Below, in pieces: positions 55,600 to 64,000 of a stretch of DNA of 64,000 bases. Position 1 is the first letter of the stretch, and every line of letters starts with the position of its first letter. The notes under the pieces are model-generated. The model was not told the DNA's origin. It made no database searches and was given only the letters and a program-made list of their open reading frames with translations. The DNA is from Escherichia phage WG01: sequence record NC_031928.1; one strand, 5' to 3'. Both the position numbers and the translations under genes were made by a program.

Positions 55600-55603
55600 T
55601 GCT

Positions 55604-55882
55604 TTAGTACTTTTCTTCCGGTTGGAAAACGGAACGACACGCCCACATACTAGCTTCTTTAAGACGGTCAATTGCATTACGAATCTGGGTAATGCGTTCA
55701 TGAGCCTGGTCTAGTTCTTGTTCAGAAACCTCTTCGGTATCTAAGTTCATATAATAGGTAACATGTTCTTCTTCTAGAGCTTTAAACATCAGCCCTAACC
55801 GAATTTCGGCATCTTTAATAGCATTCACTTTACCGATTTTATCGTCGGTATGTGGTTTGTAACCCTTGATATCTTCAATCAT
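55604..55882 (-). CDS. hypothetical small helical protein (vs.3/vs.4 position)
   Basis: 92-aa ORF immediately upstream of regB. Confidence 0.45.
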   Translation of the reverse strand: MIEDIKGYKPHTDDKIGKVNAIKDAEIRLGLMFKALEEEHVTYYMNLDTEEVSEQELDQAHERITQIRNAIDRLKEASMWACRSVFQPEEKY

Positions 55883-56097
55883 TTCACTTCCTCGCCAGTT
55901 GCGATATCATATTCTACCAAACGAAGGCCTTCAGTCCAACCTTGCACGGAGATATAGGTAGTCGGGTAAATCATTTCTTTACCGTTCCACCGACCGCCAT
56001 CCCAGACTTCCAGAAAGTCTTGTTCACCTGGTCCATTAAGCCATTCAACAAATCTTTTCAGAGCTTCTTCAGAACCTTCAATTGTCAATTTAGACAT
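55879..56097 (-). CDS. hypothetical protein
   Basis: 72-aa ORF, ATGA-coupled. Confidence 0.45.
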   Translation of the reverse strand: MSKLTIEGSEEALKRFVEWLNGPGEQDFLEVWDGGRWNGKEMIYPTTYISVQGWTEGLRLVEYDIATGEEVK

Positions 56098-56383
56098 ATT
56101 TTTTCCAATCAGAAATCATATGAATCTCTTGGTCATAAGTCAAGAGACTACGAGCAATAATACCCTTACAAGGCCCTGAGATGAACTCGAGAGTGAAGTA
56201 AGGAACCTGTTTCATTAATCGGATACTAGGAGCATGACATCTAAAACGAGAGCCCTTAAAGGGCCCTGTCATGAATACATATTCCAATGGGTAGAAATAA
56301 GCATATTCGAAATTTGCAGTAAGGTCCTCTCTTCGAACCTTACGTGAGAAATAACAGAACTCAAAAAGTTCTTCATCAGTCAT
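56090..56383 (-). CDS. hypothetical protein
   Basis: ORF-track ORF trimmed to ATG 56383. Confidence 0.4.
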   Translation of the reverse strand: MTDEELFEFCYFSRKVRREDLTANFEYAYFYPLEYVFMTGPFKGSRFRCHAPSIRLMKQVPYFTLEFISGPCKGIIARSLLTYDQEIHMISDWKKYV

Positions 56384-56910
56384 CATTGCATTCCTATCAC
56401 AAAGAACAGAGGCAAAGGCTTGTCGCCTTGGCACATAAATTTATTAATCATTACCTGGTAAGCTTCATAGAACTTATCCATCGCTGGAAGGCGCATTGGC
56501 TCTTCGATAATAATCAATAATCGAGTAACAGATAGTCCACGATACTTATGGAAATTGTCTTCATCAAGGAAACTGCGCACAGTATCATAGACAACAAAAC
56601 CAGGACCTTCGACTTGGAGATGTGGGTGTGCCTTAGAAACCTGTTTTATTACATTACAAATTTCTCGCGAGCGATGCGAAGAACTCGACATAACAATCAC
56701 ATCATTACCCTTGGAAACCCAATCAGCGGCGAACTGAGCAAGGGCACTTGTTTTACCTGTTTGGCGTCCGCCATCAAGTCGAAGAGTACCAAACTCTTGC
56801 ATTCTTGAAGCAGGTTCATACCAGGTATATTGGTCTGAGTCTAAACGTTCAATGGCGCGTTCAGCGAAGGCGTGCATTAAGGTTAGATAAATGGGAGTTA
56901 AAAATTTCAT
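56383..56910 (-). CDS. P-loop NTPase-like protein
   Basis: 175 aa from ATG 56910 (AAAGGAAATACT RBS); Walker A-like GGRQTGKTSA. Confidence 0.5.
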   Translation of the reverse strand: MKFLTPIYLTLMHAFAERAIERLDSDQYTWYEPASRMQEFGTLRLDGGRQTGKTSALAQFAADWVSKGNDVIVMSSSSHRSREICNVIKQVSKAHPHLQVEGPGFVVYDTVRSFLDEDNFHKYRGLSVTRLLIIIEEPMRLPAMDKFYEAYQVMINKFMCQGDKPLPLFFVIGMQ

Positions 56911-57059
56911 AGTATTTCCTTTGAGGGCCGTTCCTTGGCACATTAATTCGTCCCTTTCTGCATTTACCCATTACCGCACTTGGGCTCGACCTTATTACAG
57001 GTTGGCGGGAGTCCCTCACAGAATTGTGAGGTCCAGGTTGCTCCCATTTAAAATGCTAA

Positions 57060-57317
57060 TTAACGTTCTTCGTGTTTAAAACCTTTCTTAGTAAACAGCT
57101 TAACAACATCTGCTACTTTACGAAGTTGATCTGCATCAGCAACCAGTTGCTTAACCACTTTCTCGTCAGTTTCTTTAGAGCTAAAAGCGTGCTCAAGTTC
57201 GTCATCATTAGGGTCGGCCATAGAAACTTCAGTGCCGGAAGGTTTAACGTTTACAATCATATTCCAACGTTTAGAAACTAAAGTGGATTCTGTAATAAAT
57301 TCTTGGTAAGTTTTCAT
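57060..57317 (-). CDS. internal protein with capsid-targeting leader (85 aa)
   Basis: N-terminus MKTYQEFITES matches the T4 internal-protein capsid targeting sequence. Confidence 0.6.
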   Translation of the reverse strand: MKTYQEFITESTLVSKRWNMIVNVKPSGTEVSMADPNDDELEHAFSSKETDEKVVKQLVADADQLRKVADVVKLFTKKGFKHEER

Positions 57318-57325
57318 ATTAAGCC

Positions 57326-57685
57326 TTAAAGATGGTCTAGTGCCGGGTTATGAGGTTTTTCTGCTTTAGTAGTGTTTTTATGCCAATCTGATTTAGAAAC
57401 ACGGATGGCATCCGCGCCATAAGAACTCTTAAGGAGACCTTTTTTATTGTACACACTTATTGAAGTAAGAGAATCACCATTCCATGTAGCATGAATGAAG
57501 TTAGATTTAGATTTAAGTTCTTTAGCCAAGCTCTGGTTAGTGGCCATGGAAGCAAAGTCTTTACCTGTAACTTTAAAAACTTCAGATGGGTTCAGCCCTT
57601 CTTTGGCCTTAGCCAATTGTTCAGGAGACATAGCTTCGTTAATGCGCTGAGTAGATTCAGTAATAAATTGTTGGTAAGTTTTCAT
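57326..57685 (-). CDS. internal protein with capsid-targeting leader (119 aa)
   Basis: N-terminus MKTYQQFITES capsid-targeting leader. Confidence 0.6.
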   Translation of the reverse strand: MKTYQQFITESTQRINEAMSPEQLAKAKEGLNPSEVFKVTGKDFASMATNQSLAKELKSKSNFIHATWNGDSLTSISVYNKKGLLKSSYGADAIRVSKSDWHKNTTKAEKPHNPALDHL

Positions 57686-57699
57686 ATTATTCCTTAAGT

Positions 57700-57736
57700 T
57701 GATAGAAGTATTCTATCACGGATTTAATTAAGCGTA
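57700..57736 (-). promoter_or_regulatory. early promoter-like cassette (variant)
   Basis: GTTGATAGAAGTATTCTATCA core upstream of internal protein gene; -35 variant gtaaat. Confidence 0.4.
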
Positions 57737-58144
57737 AATAGCCTTGCCGTAATGTTTGTACCAGGTAGAGCGTTGTGCAATTTTTTCGTCCAAACGGGCC
57801 TGAGATATAGCAATAGAAGCTTCGTGTGGAGTATAGTCACCACGGAATTCCTGAGGAATGTCACTAATGTCCTGGACAGTAGTATCCTTGATATTAAAAC
57901 CACGTTTTAAACATTCGGCTATAAGCTCAATTTGTCGCTTACGTAAAAATTCAAGCTTATCGTAAAAGAATGTAACATGGCCTGTGCCAAGGATAAAAGT
58001 AGGACTGATTTTGAAATCACGGACACGTTTACCATTAGCAACATGCTTACGAACTGCACCGAAAACACGTGGTAATTCACGATATTCAGCCATTAAGTGT
58101 TGGTCAGCCAATTCAGATACTAAGGTAAGGTTGATACGAGTCAT
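57728..58144 (-). CDS. denV: endonuclease V (pyrimidine-dimer DNA glycosylase)
   Basis: 138 aa; essentially identical to recalled T4 DenV ([41 protein letters not shown]...). Confidence 0.95.
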   Translation of the reverse strand: MTRINLTLVSELADQHLMAEYRELPRVFGAVRKHVANGKRVRDFKISPTFILGTGHVTFFYDKLEFLRKRQIELIAECLKRGFNIKDTTVQDISDIPQEFRGDYTPHEASIAISQARLDEKIAQRSTWYKHYGKAIYA

Positions 58145-58150
58145 TTTTAA

Positions 58151-58200
58151 TCTCCTGTAGTTGATAGGTCTATAGTATCATGACTACAGGAGATGTAAAC
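58151..58200 (-). promoter_or_regulatory. early promoter cassette (denV) with inverted repeat CTCCTGTAG/CTACAGGAG
   Basis: GTTGATAGGTCTATAGTATCA core, gtaaac 58195-58200; repeat arms flank the -10. Confidence 0.6.
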
Positions 58201-58224
58201 AACTTTTATCAAGTATAGGCTTTA

Positions 58225-58821
58225 TTAATTACCACGGGCAGCATTAGCAACGGCGTAAGCGTACTGAATATTAGCGTCTTTAAACGTACCTTTAGAGGTA
58301 TCTATTTCTGCCTTAAAGCCGCCTTTAGCCATAACATCGGCAAATTCTTTACGGAAAGTCATTGCATCAAGACCTTTCCATGCGGATTTATGCTTGGCAA
58401 ATTCAAGACCGGCGAAGTTGACCGCCTTAGCCAATTTATTATCAATAGTCCATTTACCTGCTTTAGGTACAAATACAGGACCTTTCTGTTTAGAGAACAG
58501 TTTTAAATTCCAGCGACGAAGGTCGCCGTCAGCTTTAACAAAAGCTGCGTCCAAGTTACTAGCAACAACATCTTGGATATGGGCAAATTTAAGTCCATCA
58601 GCTTCAATATTTAGGTCGTTACGCCAGCGAAGTCCTTCCCAGGCGAAAGCTTTAAAATCAGAAGCTTTTGTAGCCAAGTACCGTTCAATAGGAGCTGTTT
58701 TAGCGTCAAAACCGTTTCCTGGGTTGTCAACGCCGTTTCCTTTGTAAGTCCACTCATCTTTATTAATGCCTTGGACCTTTCCTACAGAAGCTTCGGCGAT
58801 AAATTCTTTATACGTTTTCAT
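58225..58821 (-). CDS. internal protein with capsid-targeting leader (198 aa; IPIII-sized)
   Basis: N-terminus MKTYKEFIAEA capsid-targeting leader; basic Ala/Lys-rich body; early and late promoter motifs upstream. Confidence 0.65.
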   Translation of the reverse strand: MKTYKEFIAEASVGKVQGINKDEWTYKGNGVDNPGNGFDAKTAPIERYLATKASDFKAFAWEGLRWRNDLNIEADGLKFAHIQDVVASNLDAAFVKADGDLRRWNLKLFSKQKGPVFVPKAGKWTIDNKLAKAVNFAGLEFAKHKSAWKGLDAMTFRKEFADVMAKGGFKAEIDTSKGTFKDANIQYAYAVANAARGN

Positions 58822-58866
58822 ACGGGTTCCTTAAAGGAAAATATTTTAATTGGTCTGTTCAAGTAA

Positions 58867-58903
58867 CTGTAGATATACTATCACAATTCTAGGAGATGTA
58901 AAC
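58867..58903 (-). promoter_or_regulatory. early promoter cassette (internal protein gene)
   Basis: ATATACTATCA core, gtaaac 58898-58903. Confidence 0.5.
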
Positions 58904-59302
58904 TTATTTATAGGTCTTCATCCAATTCTTGAACAAAGCCGCGACGTCTTTCTCTTTAACGTTCAGTTTAATGTCCAACATTTTACCACCCGCTGCTCTG
59001 GTTTGGCGAATCTTAGCAGTACCGGTTTCGCCATTCCACTCAACATAATACTGTCCAGTGTTCATTGCAATACCATCACCGTAGTCTTCATTTTTAGAAG
59101 TGGTGAATGCTAGCTTCATAGTCTTAGATACACGAGCCTGCATGCCTGTCTGAAGGGCATTACGAACGCGAATAACCTGAGGAGTGGCCTGGGTCAAGTT
59201 CTCATTCAGTTCTTCAGTGAACTCTTCAGATTCAAACATCGCCAAAAGTTCTTTAGATGCAGGAATTACATTCTCTGCGATAAATTCATTATAAGTTTTC
59301 AT
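58904..59302 (-). CDS. internal protein with capsid-targeting leader (132 aa)
   Basis: N-terminus [11 protein letters not shown] capsid-targeting leader. Confidence 0.6.
   Translation of the reverse strand: MKTYNEFIAENVIPASKELLAMFESEEFTEELNENLTQATPQVIRVRNALQTGMQARVSKTMKLAFTTSKNEDYGDGIAMNTGQYYVEWNGETGTAKIRQTRAAGGKMLDIKLNVKEKDVAALFKNWMKTYK
58906..58913 (-). promoter_or_regulatory. late promoter TATAAATA (internal protein gene)
   Basis: Minus-strand TATAAATA immediately upstream of early -35 for 58225..58821. Confidence 0.5.
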
Positions 59303-59783
59303 ATGCTTTCCAAGTACCTGTTTTAAATGTTGAAATCACGCGCTTAGCACGATTAGGAGTTTGTTTATACCAACGGGATTGAGCCAGGTTAACTGCCGCA
59401 TCGTTCCAACGTTTCTGTTGGAGCATACGTAAAGAGTTAGTGAACCCTGCTACGCCTGCTTCACCCATTTGGAAGACCATGTTAATTAAAGCACAACGAC
59501 GAACTTCGTCCAGTACATCATAAACAGGTTTCAATTTAGGATTACGCAGAATAGCTCTACGAGCATTTTCAACCGATCGGTTAAAGAGTTGTTCAGCTTC
59601 AGCCATAGTAATACGACCATTACAAACTCGACCCATAAGCTTATCAAGTTCAGCACGAGCAACATCTTTAGAAGGGTTCTTAGTAATCAATTGGCCAATG
59701 CCAATAGTCCAATAACCTTCAGTGTCTTTATAAAGATTTAAATCAAGACCTTCGTCTTGACGTAACATATCAAAAATATCCAT
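59289..59783 (-). CDS. e: lysozyme (endolysin, T4 lysozyme family)
   Basis: 164 aa; catalytic region [11 protein letters not shown] and [32 protein letters not shown] nearly identical to recalled T4 lysozyme. Confidence 0.95.
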   Translation of the reverse strand: MDIFDMLRQDEGLDLNLYKDTEGYWTIGIGQLITKNPSKDVARAELDKLMGRVCNGRITMAEAEQLFNRSVENARRAILRNPKLKPVYDVLDEVRRCALINMVFQMGEAGVAGFTNSLRMLQQKRWNDAAVNLAQSRWYKQTPNRAKRVISTFKTGTWKAYENL

Positions 59784-59787
59784 AATA

Positions 59788-59813
59788 CCTCCTGAGTATA
59801 GGAGGTATTTATA
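59788..59813 (-). promoter_or_regulatory. gene e late promoter TATAAATA embedded in SD-sequestering hairpin
   Basis: Minus-strand TATAAATA CCTCCT ATACTC AGGAGG TATT ATG; same architecture as described for T4 gene e. Confidence 0.7.
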
Positions 59814-60263
59814 TCAAAAGAGTGAATCCAAAACCTTAAACATCGACGGGCCCATGACATATTCCCATTGTGGCCGTTTAATCAAGGCAAAAGCATCGAA
59901 TTCAGGAATAGTACGACCATCAGGGAACGTATGGTAAGCCGTACATTTGCAATCCTTGAACTGCTCGTGTTCCACAGGAACTGTATATAAGAACAGATGT
60001 AGATTCTTATTGCTTGAATATTTGAACTCACCTAGGTCTTTCAGGAACGCAGGATCGTATGCTGTGAATCCAATCTCTTCTTCGGTTTCGCGCATTGCCG
60101 CTTGAATGGGCTCTTCGCCTGGTTCGACATGACCCTTAGGAATGTCCCATTTATGACGCATATTCTCTGGATTACGAGAGCCTGTTACACGGCCCATGAC
60201 CAGTTCTTTATCAACGGTCATGAATAAAATACCGGCAGATAGTTCTTTCACTTTCTTACTCAT
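59814..60263 (-). CDS. nudE: Nudix hydrolase
   Basis: 150 aa from ATG 60263; Nudix box GHVEPGEEPIQAAMRETEEEIG; position next to e. Confidence 0.75.
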   Translation of the reverse strand: MSKKVKELSAGILFMTVDKELVMGRVTGSRNPENMRHKWDIPKGHVEPGEEPIQAAMRETEEEIGFTAYDPAFLKDLGEFKYSSNKNLHLFLYTVPVEHEQFKDCKCTAYHTFPDGRTIPEFDAFALIKRPQWEYVMGPSMFKVLDSLF

Positions 60264-60492
60264 CGTCTCGTTCCCATGATTGTTTAAAAATATCTTGCAT
60301 AATAATTTGAAGTCTATTTTCTGATGATGGACTTTCACTATCAGACACTTGAAGCATATAGTCACCAATAGGACAGAACATATCCATATCGCTTTCTAAG
60401 TCTTCTTTAATTTTCTCTTCTGATGTTCCGGTATCATAGGAATACAGATAAGAATCACATGACTCAGATTTAATATAAATTGCAATGCTCAT
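60256..60492 (-). CDS. hypothetical acidic protein
   Basis: 78-aa ORF. Confidence 0.4.
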   Translation of the reverse strand: MSIAIYIKSESCDSYLYSYDTGTSEEKIKEDLESDMDMFCPIGDYMLQVSDSESPSSENRLQIIMQDIFKQSWERDDE

Positions 60493-61076
60493 TTACGGCA
60501 TTCCTTAATAAAAGAGTTTAATGTATTTTTCTTAGTGATATCGTCATATACCTTTTTAACTTTAGAAATACGAAAAGGTACTTCGATAACAGAGGTCCAT
60601 AAAAATGATGCGATAAGACCTAAGATAGCAGCAGACATCGCTGAAGCGAATACACAAATAGGCAGGTCATTATCTGTTGTCAGGAAAAACCCTAGGAGTG
60701 GGAAAAATAATATACCCATCCAAACATAGAATCTAGAACTCACCAATTTGTCGTATTCATCACTCCAGGCACGGAAGCCGTATTTTTTGCTATAACAAAT
60801 CAATGGGTCTGGAGTCTGTTCTTTATATGGTTCCGCTTGCCAGCCGTTTACAATATAGCCCATTTTATATTCCTCAATTAAAAGCTGTTTCATTTCGGCA
60901 GTACAACCTGACCAATCTATTGTACTGGCTGAAATTCCTTCATCACAGTCATCGATATTTCGCCAGGACTTTTTAATAATCATATTCTCACCACTTGGGA
61001 TAATAATTCCAGCATTTTCCGACCGACGGATGAAGTTTGTATCAATACCCATACAACCAGGTTCATAAAGGGCCAT
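60489..61076 (-). CDS. membrane protein
   Basis: 195 aa; two C-terminal TM helices. Confidence 0.45.
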   Translation of the reverse strand: MALYEPGCMGIDTNFIRRSENAGIIIPSGENMIIKKSWRNIDDCDEGISASTIDWSGCTAEMKQLLIEEYKMGYIVNGWQAEPYKEQTPDPLICYSKKYGFRAWSDEYDKLVSSRFYVWMGILFFPLLGFFLTTDNDLPICVFASAMSAAILGLIASFLWTSVIEVPFRISKVKKVYDDITKKNTLNSFIKECRK

Positions 61077-61762
61077 TACCAGCCCTCCATAGGGAATTCC
61101 AGATATACTTGAGCATTAACGCGGATTTCATTTGTAATCTTTTTAACACGGTCTGTATTACGAGACACACGACCAAACCAGCGCCAACCGTTACTTACTG
61201 CACGAGAACCTGTATGCCATGTCTGCCAATCAAACTGGAGCAACGTGCGGTCAGGAGCATCCCACTTAGTTAATTCATTAGACTCAATTTTTTCCAGAAC
61301 TTCTTTATGCCACTGGCGATAGATAAGTTCGCCTTCAGGAATCTGACTGAACTGGGCAGTTCCGGTTGCAAAATGAGTAGGACACACATCAGCGTTAACA
61401 AGACCAAGAATATGTTCAGAATGGTATCGAGGATTATCATAATCAGGTTGCCCTGCGGTAATAAAGTGTTGACCCACCGGAATATCCGGGCGTGGTACAT
61501 CATCATGGTGGAAGCCTGGAATTGCAGGGTACCAGCCGGGCATTAACATGTGTACACGGGAATCAAATACGCATTCAACGGCTTTCCACTCATCAGGGAG
61601 ATTAGTAATAAAGCTACGAGTAATAGGACCACCATTTTGTGCAGCAAAATTCAAATCACAGTTAAAGAACATAGGCTCGTTTTTAATATCATCATTAGAA
61701 ATATGACCTGCAAAACCACCTACTGCACGAGCTTTAGAATTAAAAGTTTTCGGACCGTTCAT
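61076..61762 (-). CDS. hypothetical protein
   Basis: 228-aa ORF, His/Asp-rich; no assigned fold. Confidence 0.5.
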   Translation of the reverse strand: MNGPKTFNSKARAVGGFAGHISNDDIKNEPMFFNCDLNFAAQNGGPITRSFITNLPDEWKAVECVFDSRVHMLMPGWYPAIPGFHHDDVPRPDIPVGQHFITAGQPDYDNPRYHSEHILGLVNADVCPTHFATGTAQFSQIPEGELIYRQWHKEVLEKIESNELTKWDAPDRTLLQFDWQTWHTGSRAVSNGWRWFGRVSRNTDRVKKITNEIRVNAQVYLEFPMEGW

Positions 61763-61776
61763 AATATTTTCCTCAC

Positions 61777-61989
61777 TTACTTTTTGTTGAAAAAGTACAT
61801 TTTACCTTTAGGAGATAAGGATACACGAAGTGCGTTACCAATACCAACTGAACATTTAACCAGGTCAGCAGATTTCAATTCACCAAATGCTTGACGAAGG
61901 TCACCATCACGAGTGTTAACCATCAGGCATTTAGCACCAGCTGCACGAACTTCGTTTAACATGTTGATTGCTTGGTTAGAAAGTTTCAT
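61777..61989 (-). CDS. hypothetical protein
   Basis: ORF-track ORF trimmed to ATG 61989 with GGAGAA RBS. Confidence 0.45.
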   Translation of the reverse strand: MKLSNQAINMLNEVRAAGAKCLMVNTRDGDLRQAFGELKSADLVKCSVGIGNALRVSLSPKGKMYFFNKK

Positions 61990-62014
61990 TTTATTCTCCA
62001 TTTCACTCTGTTGT

Positions 62015-62055
62015 TTTGATAGGTCTATAGTATCACACCTATAGACCTTGTACAC
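62015..62055 (-). promoter_or_regulatory. early promoter cassette (-35 GTGTAC variant)
   Basis: TTGATAGGTCTATAGTATCA core with aggtctatag/ctatagacc repeat. Confidence 0.5.
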
Positions 62056-62067
62056 TGTTTTGTGCAA

Positions 62068-63027
62068 TTATTTTTCGAAAGGACGAATTAAATGTTGGTT
62101 ACGCTTAAACCGTTCAATGTAGTCGTTTTCACCTAAAGTCTTGTACATATTAACCACAGCTTGGTAGTTTTCCCATGCATAAGTGCGGAACCAACCTGAA
62201 GTGATTGAGGTGCACACTTTCTCAAGGGCCATATAGAAACTTAATGATGGTGAAATATTGAAGTCATTAGGAACCTGTGAACGTTCTAGTGCCAGGACAC
62301 AAGTTTCTTCATACACACCAGCCAGTTTAATAGCTTCAGGCAAAGCCTCGAACTTCTCACGAGAGGTCATGACTTCAGAACCTTCCTTCATATAAAAGGT
62401 ATATGCAGGGCGCCCTGCCAATGCCACTGCTTCATGGATAGAGTCGTGGTCTAGGGTATAAATGGTATCATTAAAGAACGATGATTTGTTTACATCCAAT
62501 TTAGGGTGGGAATAGCTCAACGTTTCTTTTTGACGTTGCAACATAATTTCCTGGAGTTCTTCGTTAAGGGTGATACCTTTATTACGAAGGTATTTGATGT
62601 GGGACATGGTTTTCAAGAAGAACGGATTATTCTTCAAGAAACGATGGGAGGTTTTGATAGCCAGACAGATATCAGGGGTTGCCCAATAGAAACCTGTAAG
62701 ACGGTCCTTTTTAATATGATTTTCAGCATATTTCAGAAGACGATAACTTGAGGTGAAATCTTCATCTTGGAGCTCACCGGTGATTTCTCGTACGTTAGTC
62801 AGAGCACGAACGATATATGCTTCAAAATAGGTTTCTTTACCGTTGTACATGCATTTAAAAGCCTGGACATCAGGATTATCCACAGGAACATGGGCACCAA
62901 ACATCCGAGCTTTAAAGTGATTCCATGAGCCTTGGTCGGCAATGAAATCCCAATCAGAATTTTCGATATGCTTACTTTCAATCAGACCAGCGTGGTGCAG
63001 TGCACGAGAACCAATAACTAACATCAT
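62068..63027 (-). CDS. hypothetical protein with possible nucleotidyltransferase-like N-terminus
   Basis: ORF trimmed to ATG 63027 (GAGGAAAAT RBS); N-terminal GS...DWD spacing loosely resembles Pol-beta NTase motif. Confidence 0.45.
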   Translation of the reverse strand: MMLVIGSRALHHAGLIESKHIENSDWDFIADQGSWNHFKARMFGAHVPVDNPDVQAFKCMYNGKETYFEAYIVRALTNVREITGELQDEDFTSSYRLLKYAENHIKKDRLTGFYWATPDICLAIKTSHRFLKNNPFFLKTMSHIKYLRNKGITLNEELQEIMLQRQKETLSYSHPKLDVNKSSFFNDTIYTLDHDSIHEAVALAGRPAYTFYMKEGSEVMTSREKFEALPEAIKLAGVYEETCVLALERSQVPNDFNISPSLSFYMALEKVCTSITSGWFRTYAWENYQAVVNMYKTLGENDYIERFKRNQHLIRPFEK

Positions 63028-63046
63028 AATATTTTCCTCAGTAAAC

Positions 63047-63286
63047 TTAAATTTCAGCGACGTAATCGTTATGCAATTCCCACATATCATCAGAATTATT
63101 CTTAATGATAGGAATTATCTCATTAGAGATTTCTTCAGCATAAGGGTCATTGATACAGTGGGCATCTTCAAAACGAACACCGTAATCAGACTTCTTATAA
63201 GAGAAGCCATAAATCTTTTTAAACTTGGCGCGAGTAATGCGTACCGGTTCATTAGACTTATCGGACATCGGAGCGTAATACCACAT
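63047..63286 (-). CDS. hypothetical protein
   Basis: 79-aa ORF with GAGGAGAACAT RBS. Confidence 0.45.
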   Translation of the reverse strand: MWYYAPMSDKSNEPVRITRAKFKKIYGFSYKKSDYGVRFEDAHCINDPYAEEISNEIIPIIKNNSDDMWELHNDYVAEI

Positions 63287-63300
63287 ATGTTCTCCTCATG

Positions 63301-63350
63301 TTTGTGTAGGGTAATAGTAACATGATTTTCTAGAGTTGTACATCACTTCT
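63301..63350 (-). promoter_or_regulatory. early promoter-like cassette (variant)
   Basis: TGTGTAGGGTAATAGTAACA core, -35 variant gtacat. Confidence 0.4.
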
Positions 63351-63680
63351 GCAATATTCTAAAAATAATTTATCATTGTCTACTGTATCCCAACGACGCC
63401 AAGACGGGTTCCAGACCAAAGCGTTGTCACCACAATCATTGAGCTTAAAATGGTCGTAGTACATAGCTATGTGTCTAGTCTCGTCACCAGAGAACCCCAG
63501 TATAGGCTCACCGCGGGTGTGATACATATGATGGTGCATTGAGAGGTCGCATTTGTAAAACATCTCACGTTTACCACGAACGAACAAGAAGGCCTGTCCA
63601 TTCATATAGAATTCTTTATTTGTTTTCAAAAGATATTTGAATACTGAATCTTTATGCATAAGTCCTCCTACCACATCCAT
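63330..63680 (-). CDS. hypothetical His-rich protein
   Basis: 116-aa ORF. Confidence 0.45.
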   Translation of the reverse strand: MDVVGGLMHKDSVFKYLLKTNKEFYMNGQAFLFVRGKREMFYKCDLSMHHHMYHTRGEPILGFSGDETRHIAMYYDHFKLNDCGDNALVWNPSWRRWDTVDNDKLFLEYCRSDVQL

Positions 63681-63689
63681 GTGGTTAAA

Positions 63690-63917
63690 TTATTTTCCTA
63701 ACGAAATACGAGTAGGTTTTTTACCGAAATAGTCTTCATAAGAACCATCTAAACGACCTGCTTTAGACCGACAATATGAATCGTACTTTTTGTAATAAGT
63801 CATCTCAGTATTATAACGCGGGTGTCTATCAGCCATAATAATACTTAACGGCCAACCTTTGGCATAATCGCGAAGACCATTTATTTTACGAATGTATCTT
63901 TTCTTTAATTTTAGCAT
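63690..63917 (-). CDS. hypothetical basic protein
   Basis: 75-aa ORF. Confidence 0.45.
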   Translation of the reverse strand: MLKLKKRYIRKINGLRDYAKGWPLSIIMADRHPRYNTEMTYYKKYDSYCRSKAGRLDGSYEDYFGKKPTRISLGK

Positions 63918-64000
63918 GAGCTCGGATACCAGATTTTACCATCGGCCTGAGCAACGAAGGTGCGACCAGCTTCTTCGCCATAACACGAGCTATTCAGCCA

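Noticed and set aside
56911-57059. Possible tRNA or small RNA gene in the non-coding gap
   Set aside because: No cloverleaf, T-loop GTTCRANYC or acceptor pairing could be recognised by eye; kept only as an unexplained structured element.
6056-63350. Repeated ~40-bp motif GTTGATAGGTCTATAGTATCA... considered as a CRISPR array or mobile-element repeat
   Set aside because: Copies are separated by whole genes of variable length, always just upstream of a start codon on the gene strand, and contain -35/-10 hexamers; they are promoters.

Overview
This window is a contiguous early/middle-gene segment of a T4-like (Tevenvirinae) myovirus genome. Nearly every gene is on the minus strand, tightly packed with frequent ATGA/TAATG stop-start overlaps. 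Gene order is syntenic with T4: rIIB (partial), rIIA, fused topoisomerase II 39/60, dexA, dda, srd-like, modA, modB, soc, 56, 61, sp, dmd, 41, uvsX, 42, imm, 43, regA, 62, 44, 45, 46, 47, 55, 49, nrdC, rI, tk, regB, denV, a CTS internal-protein array, e, nudE. From memory (not database-checked), DNA polymerase, RegA, DenV, lysozyme and thioredoxin are very close to T4/RB69-type proteins. The main point of interest is the hydroxymethylcytosine modification region. The beta-gt locus (between uvsX and 42) holds a 297-aa protein with no recognisable glycosyltransferase motif, and the alpha-gt locus (between 47 and 55) holds only small ORFs. Inserted between 42 and imm is a three-gene block: a P-loop kinase, a HAD phosphatase, and a fusion of a sugar-1-phosphate nucleotidyltransferase with an APH/choline-kinase-fold sugar kinase. 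Together these look like a self-contained NDP-sugar salvage plus transfer module for a non-glucose hmC modification (arabinosylation-like). Other notable items are a reiterated ~45-bp early-promoter cassette carrying covarying inverted repeats that would sequester the Shine-Dalgarno in read-through transcripts, four internal proteins with the MKTY(Q/K/N)EFI capsid-targeting leader, a macro-domain protein, two Pol-beta-type nucleotidyltransferase-fold proteins, a single plus-strand ORF between 56 and 61, and a ~150-bp GC-richer non-coding hairpin region. The ORF track allows GTG/TTG starts, so several starts were moved to the first ATG with a GGAG-type ribosome-binding site; all coordinates and functions are from reading the sequence and recalled family knowledge, with no searches run.
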